64,000 nt of DNA, from contig CAWDSK010000005.1 of the NCBI GenBank assembly GCA_963804995.1, positions 1,152,001 to 1,216,000 of the forward strand. Reading direction: 5' to 3'. The notes beneath the pieces are model-generated. The model was not told where the DNA came from. It was given only the letters and a program-made list of their open reading frames with translations, and searched no databases. The stretch is from an uncultured Acidobacteriota bacterium. GTDB taxonomy: Bacteria; Acidobacteriota; Terriglobia; UBA7540. The first letter of the stretch is position 1, and each line of letters opens with the position of its first letter. The translations under genes and the position numbers were made by a program. Positions 60,776-64,000 of this stretch are shown here, in pieces.

Positions 60776-61402
60776 CTAAGCATTGAACCCCGTGGGTGCA
60801 GGACCAATCGCCTCAACGTCATCGGCATCCACTTCGACCGCGGCAGCCTGCCGGATCAGCTCTACGGAAAGCACCACTCGCAGGCCCCCGGATTGGCGTA
60901 CCAGAAACCCAGTCAAATCTGCGAGCGGGCCGGATTTGATTCGCACCTTCTGGCCAACTGCCAGATAGGGGTGAGGTTCAAACTTGTGCGACTGCAGCCC
61001 GTCCCGGAGACTTACTATTTCCGCATCCGGTAACGGCCATGGACCACTTACAGAACCCACAATGGATACGGCACCGGGAAGGCTCAGAGCCATGAAGCGT
61101 TCTCGGGGGTCGATTCTGATGAAGAGGTAGCCGGGGAACAAGGGCAGTTTGACTCGTACCTTACAGCCATTCTTCCAACGATGCACGGTTTCGTACAGGG
61201 GAAGGAAGGACTCAATGGCGCGCAACCCTAGATCCTCGTGGACGCGCTTTTCGTGTCGAGGATAAGTATGCAGCGCATACCAGTGGGCAGGGGGAGTCCC
61301 AAATTGCACGCTGCCTGGGGGGTCTTCTCTACTTGTACCGCATTGTTGTAAGGCTTCGCCATGCTCACTTAGGTGAGTGGCTCCACCGATCAAAGTTTTC
61401 AT
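60776..61402 (-). CDS. UpxY/RfaH-type NusG-family antiterminator
   Basis: WYALHTYPRHEKRV, PLFPGYLF, VGQKVRIKSGPL; heads the polysaccharide genes. Confidence 0.92.
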   Translation of the reverse strand: MKTLIGGATHLSEHGEALQQCGTSREDPPGSVQFGTPPAHWYALHTYPRHEKRVHEDLGLRAIESFLPLYETVHRWKNGCKVRVKLPLFPGYLFIRIDPRERFMALSLPGAVSIVGSVSGPWPLPDAEIVSLRDGLQSHKFEPHPYLAVGQKVRIKSGPLADLTGFLVRQSGGLRVVLSVELIRQAAAVEVDADDVEAIGPAPTGFNA

Positions 61403-62185
61403 AGAGCCTCGCAAGTGGAGTGTATCTGTCTTCGCAATAGATATTAGGCACAGGGACTGCCAACCGCAGCGAGTCGCCAGACTTTCTTCTATCCCGCCTG
61501 AATTGAAGAAGTTAAGATGAGCCAAAGGAACAAATCTGCCCCGATCCGATACCGACATAGATGTCCAAGCAGACGGGACTGTCTCGATATGTGACAGGGG
61601 CTTGGCCGAATCAGGATCTCAGAAGTTGTGGTTCTTTTCCAGGGCACATGCCGACAATCCATGATATAAGCGTACGGTAATGCTAGATCTGAGCTCAACG
61701 AATGCAAAACAAATTGCCCTTGCGCTTAAGGGGCGCAAGGAGAATTGCGATCCTCAGTCGACGGGCGTGCGCCGGTCGCTGTGCCAACTCCAACCCACCC
61801 CTCCCTTCTCTAGCCGGGAGAGAAAACAAATCACTGATTTGAGTGTGATAACTACTTAACAAATGTCACACGGGATATCCTAGTCAACGCCATAAGCCAA
61901 GCGAGGAACGGGGATAGGGGAAATCGCACAAAGGGACAATTCGCACCATTCGCGGACCGGACCTCGATGGCGTCGCTGCGCAGTAATCAGATGTGGCTCT
62001 GATTATCTTCGCCGGATTACGTGCTGATGCAGATGCTGCGGTGGCTGGGGTTGAGTGGCACTGAGTGGGCCCGCGTCCAAATGGCTAGGTGGCCAGTGTC
62101 GAATTACAATAATTCTAACAGACAATTTTGGTCATGCGCCACCGTCCAAATGGTAATACCTTCTTCCGGCCCGACATGAGCCTTT

Positions 62186-62449
62186 TTACTGATTTGCGCG
62201 GTTCGTCTTCTCCCGCAGGGGCCAAGTCACAGGCCAGTTCCTAACAACAATGCGCCCGCAATTCGCACACACAAGATGCATGCCGCTTAACGACTGCGTG
62301 AGGCGCATTCTATTGCAAAATGGGCATGCCTTCGGCTCTGGATTTGTCGGCGACGAAGATTCCTTGTCAGGTTTCCCTCTTGGTCCCAAGGTTTCTCCCT
62401 TCGGCTCCTTTGAATTGAGAATCCAATCTTTTCCGAGTCCATCTCCCAA
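62186..62449 (-). CDS. hypothetical zinc-ribbon protein
   Basis: CPFC-x13-CANC. Confidence 0.4.
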   Translation of the reverse strand: MGDGLGKDWILNSKEPKGETLGPRGKPDKESSSPTNPEPKACPFCNRMRLTQSLSGMHLVCANCGRIVVRNWPVTWPLREKTNRANQ

Positions 62450-62459
62450 GATGTGCGAT

Positions 62460-62780
62460 TATACCAGAGGCCACTTCGGAACGGCCGCGTCGATTGCGGA
62501 AATGAGGCGAACGGCCTCGCTCACGACCGTGGCGCTTTTGCAGTAGAGCTCCCCCTCTTAGTTATAGGTTGTGGTGCAGACGCGGCTCGGCCATTTCTTC
62601 CACAGGAAGATGACTCAGGGGTTTTTCCTTGCGATAGAGGAGCCACTTTTTGATGAGCTGATAGCCGCCGATTGTGTACTCCCAGACCCACGGCGGAATG
62701 TTGGACCAGTAGGCCAACACATTCAGGTAACCGTCGCAAATGTGCTCACCCAACAGCTCGATCGCCTCGGTTACACTCAC
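62460..62780 (-). pseudogene. type ISP restriction-modification C-terminal fragment
   Basis: YWSNIPPWVWEYTIGGYQLIKKWLLYRK, and in another frame YCKSATVVSEAVRLISAIDAAVPKWPL*. Confidence 0.65.
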
Positions 62781-63314
62781 CCGCTCTTTCTGGATGTAAT
62801 CGTGGCCGACGATCTTTCCCTTGATTTTCGGGGCGAGAGATGGGAAAAGAGTCTTCAGGGCCGGGCGGTACGTGTGCCCTTTGGCGTTCCCGGCCTGTAG
62901 CTCTGGCTCTATCTATCGACGGTAAATGTCAATCTGACTTGCTTTCATAACTCACAACCAGGAGATCAGGTTTTGGGGAAGATGGTTACCATCGGGTCAG
63001 TACGAGCAATCTAAGATCGGGCGGAAATGCCTATTTTTGATCTAGCTAACCCAATCAACCCTTCCCCGTGGTATTGCACAATGCCTCAAATTGAGACATC
63101 CGATGCCCAGGCGAACACTTTCCGGATAATATTGTTCCTCTTTTCCTAAACGCTCTCCCCGTAATTCACTGAAATCAAAGATCCATGTGGATTTGAACGC
63201 ACGCCCGATTTGGAATCGCCCGTGCTCTTACGTGGCGTATTGGATCTCATAATCTTGGATCGTTCGCCTGAAACCGAACGATGGGCTCCAGAATATGATA
63301 AGGAGAACAAGGCC

Positions 63315-64000
63315 ATGCAAGTTTTTGATCGAATTGATCCAAACACCTTGGATCGCCGCGAATTGCACCTGTGGATACTGGCACAAGCCATGATTCTCGT
63401 CCTGTCAATGGGGGTCGGCTTGCTGATGTACCCAGCGGTCTTTTCCCACCCGGTAACCCTGACCGGCATCCCGTCGCGCGCTGCCTTTTTTGGGTTTTGC
63501 GGACTTGCGGCACTGTTGGTGGGTTACTTTGTAGACCGCCAGGTGGTCATACGCCACCTGCGCACAGAGCTGGAGGACGAGAAGCGCCAAATCGTGGAGG
63601 TTCGCCGCGAGGCGAGCGTCGATCTGCTGACGATGCTTCCGGGGTTCAATATTTTCCGCGACCGCCTGACGATGGAACATCGCCGCGCTTCGAACTCCCG
63701 GCAACCCCTGTCTTTGTTGGCCGTGGAACTGAAGCCCTCCCGTGCTTTGGCTGAACCGGGGGAAGTTGAGACCGCCTTCGGGGATGCGGCGAAAACCCTG
63801 ATGCGTAGGCTGCGCAGCGAAGACTCCATCTTCTTGTTTGCACCGGGAGTCTTCGGGATCGTTCTTCCCGCGGTCAACGCTCGCGACGCTTACACTTTAC
63901 GTGACCGTTTGATGGATGGACTCCACGATGCCGCGGGCGCCGGCAATCGTTTCTCGTTTGGCGTCAGCGTGGTTAATTTCCCTGAGCATGTTGCCACCGC
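63315..64000 (+). CDS. membrane-anchored degenerate GGDEF-domain protein (partial, runs off the window)
   Basis: AAGGAG SD; manual translation gives 2 TM, a coiled coil, DLLTMLP, RSED and APGVF at the GGDEF position. It is absent from the ORF track because there is no stop codon in the window. Confidence 0.8.
   Translation, partial: MQVFDRIDPNTLDRRELHLWILAQAMILVLSMGVGLLMYPAVFSHPVTLTGIPSRAAFFGFCGLAALLVGYFVDRQVVIRHLRTELEDEKRQIVEVRREASVDLLTMLPGFNIFRDRLTMEHRRASNSRQPLSLLAVELKPSRALAEPGEVETAFGDAAKTLMRRLRSEDSIFLFAPGVFGIVLPAVNARDAYTLRDRLMDGLHDAAGAGNRFSFGVSVVNFPEHVAT

Noticed and set aside
61403..61800. ops element or sigma54 promoter upstream of upxY
   Set aside because: Only partial matches (GGCGGGATAG; TTGGCAC with 11-nt spacing to GC).

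Overview
Bacterial window, probably Acidobacteriota-like (inferred from repeat families, gene styles and sigma54 usage; not proven). It has five zones. (1) 1-8.7 kb is an accessory array of small genes: two toxin-antitoxin pairs, a REP-flanked exported protein and a 46-aa orphan ORF. The genes are punctuated by a GGTWCCTGACACC-type repeat that also brackets a remnant of a RAYT-like Y1/HUH transposase. That repeat has been hit four times at essentially the same position (two IS1182-family copies, an IS1182-type 99-bp MITE and an ISKra4-family element), and the array abuts a truncated class II glutamine amidotransferase gene. (2) 9-20.8 kb is metabolic: GntR regulator, glgC, APC permease, Tat-exported C-N hydrolase, URO-D-family protein, GH36-like hydrolase and a frameshifted Tat protein, with nested palindromic repeats/MITEs between genes. 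(3) 20.9-25 kb is a cluster of recombinase and transposase fragments. (4) 25-55 kb is a dense, partly decaying signalling cluster: multi-PAS hybrid kinases, receivers, a diguanylate cyclase, HD-GYP, a sigma54 activator and an orphan PilB/GspE ATPase with a receiver domain. (5) 55-64 kb is a short UpxY/NusG-led exopolysaccharide locus and a divergent membrane-anchored degenerate GGDEF protein. No rRNA, tRNA or CRISPR array was recognised. All family calls come from motif recognition by eye; no searches were run.
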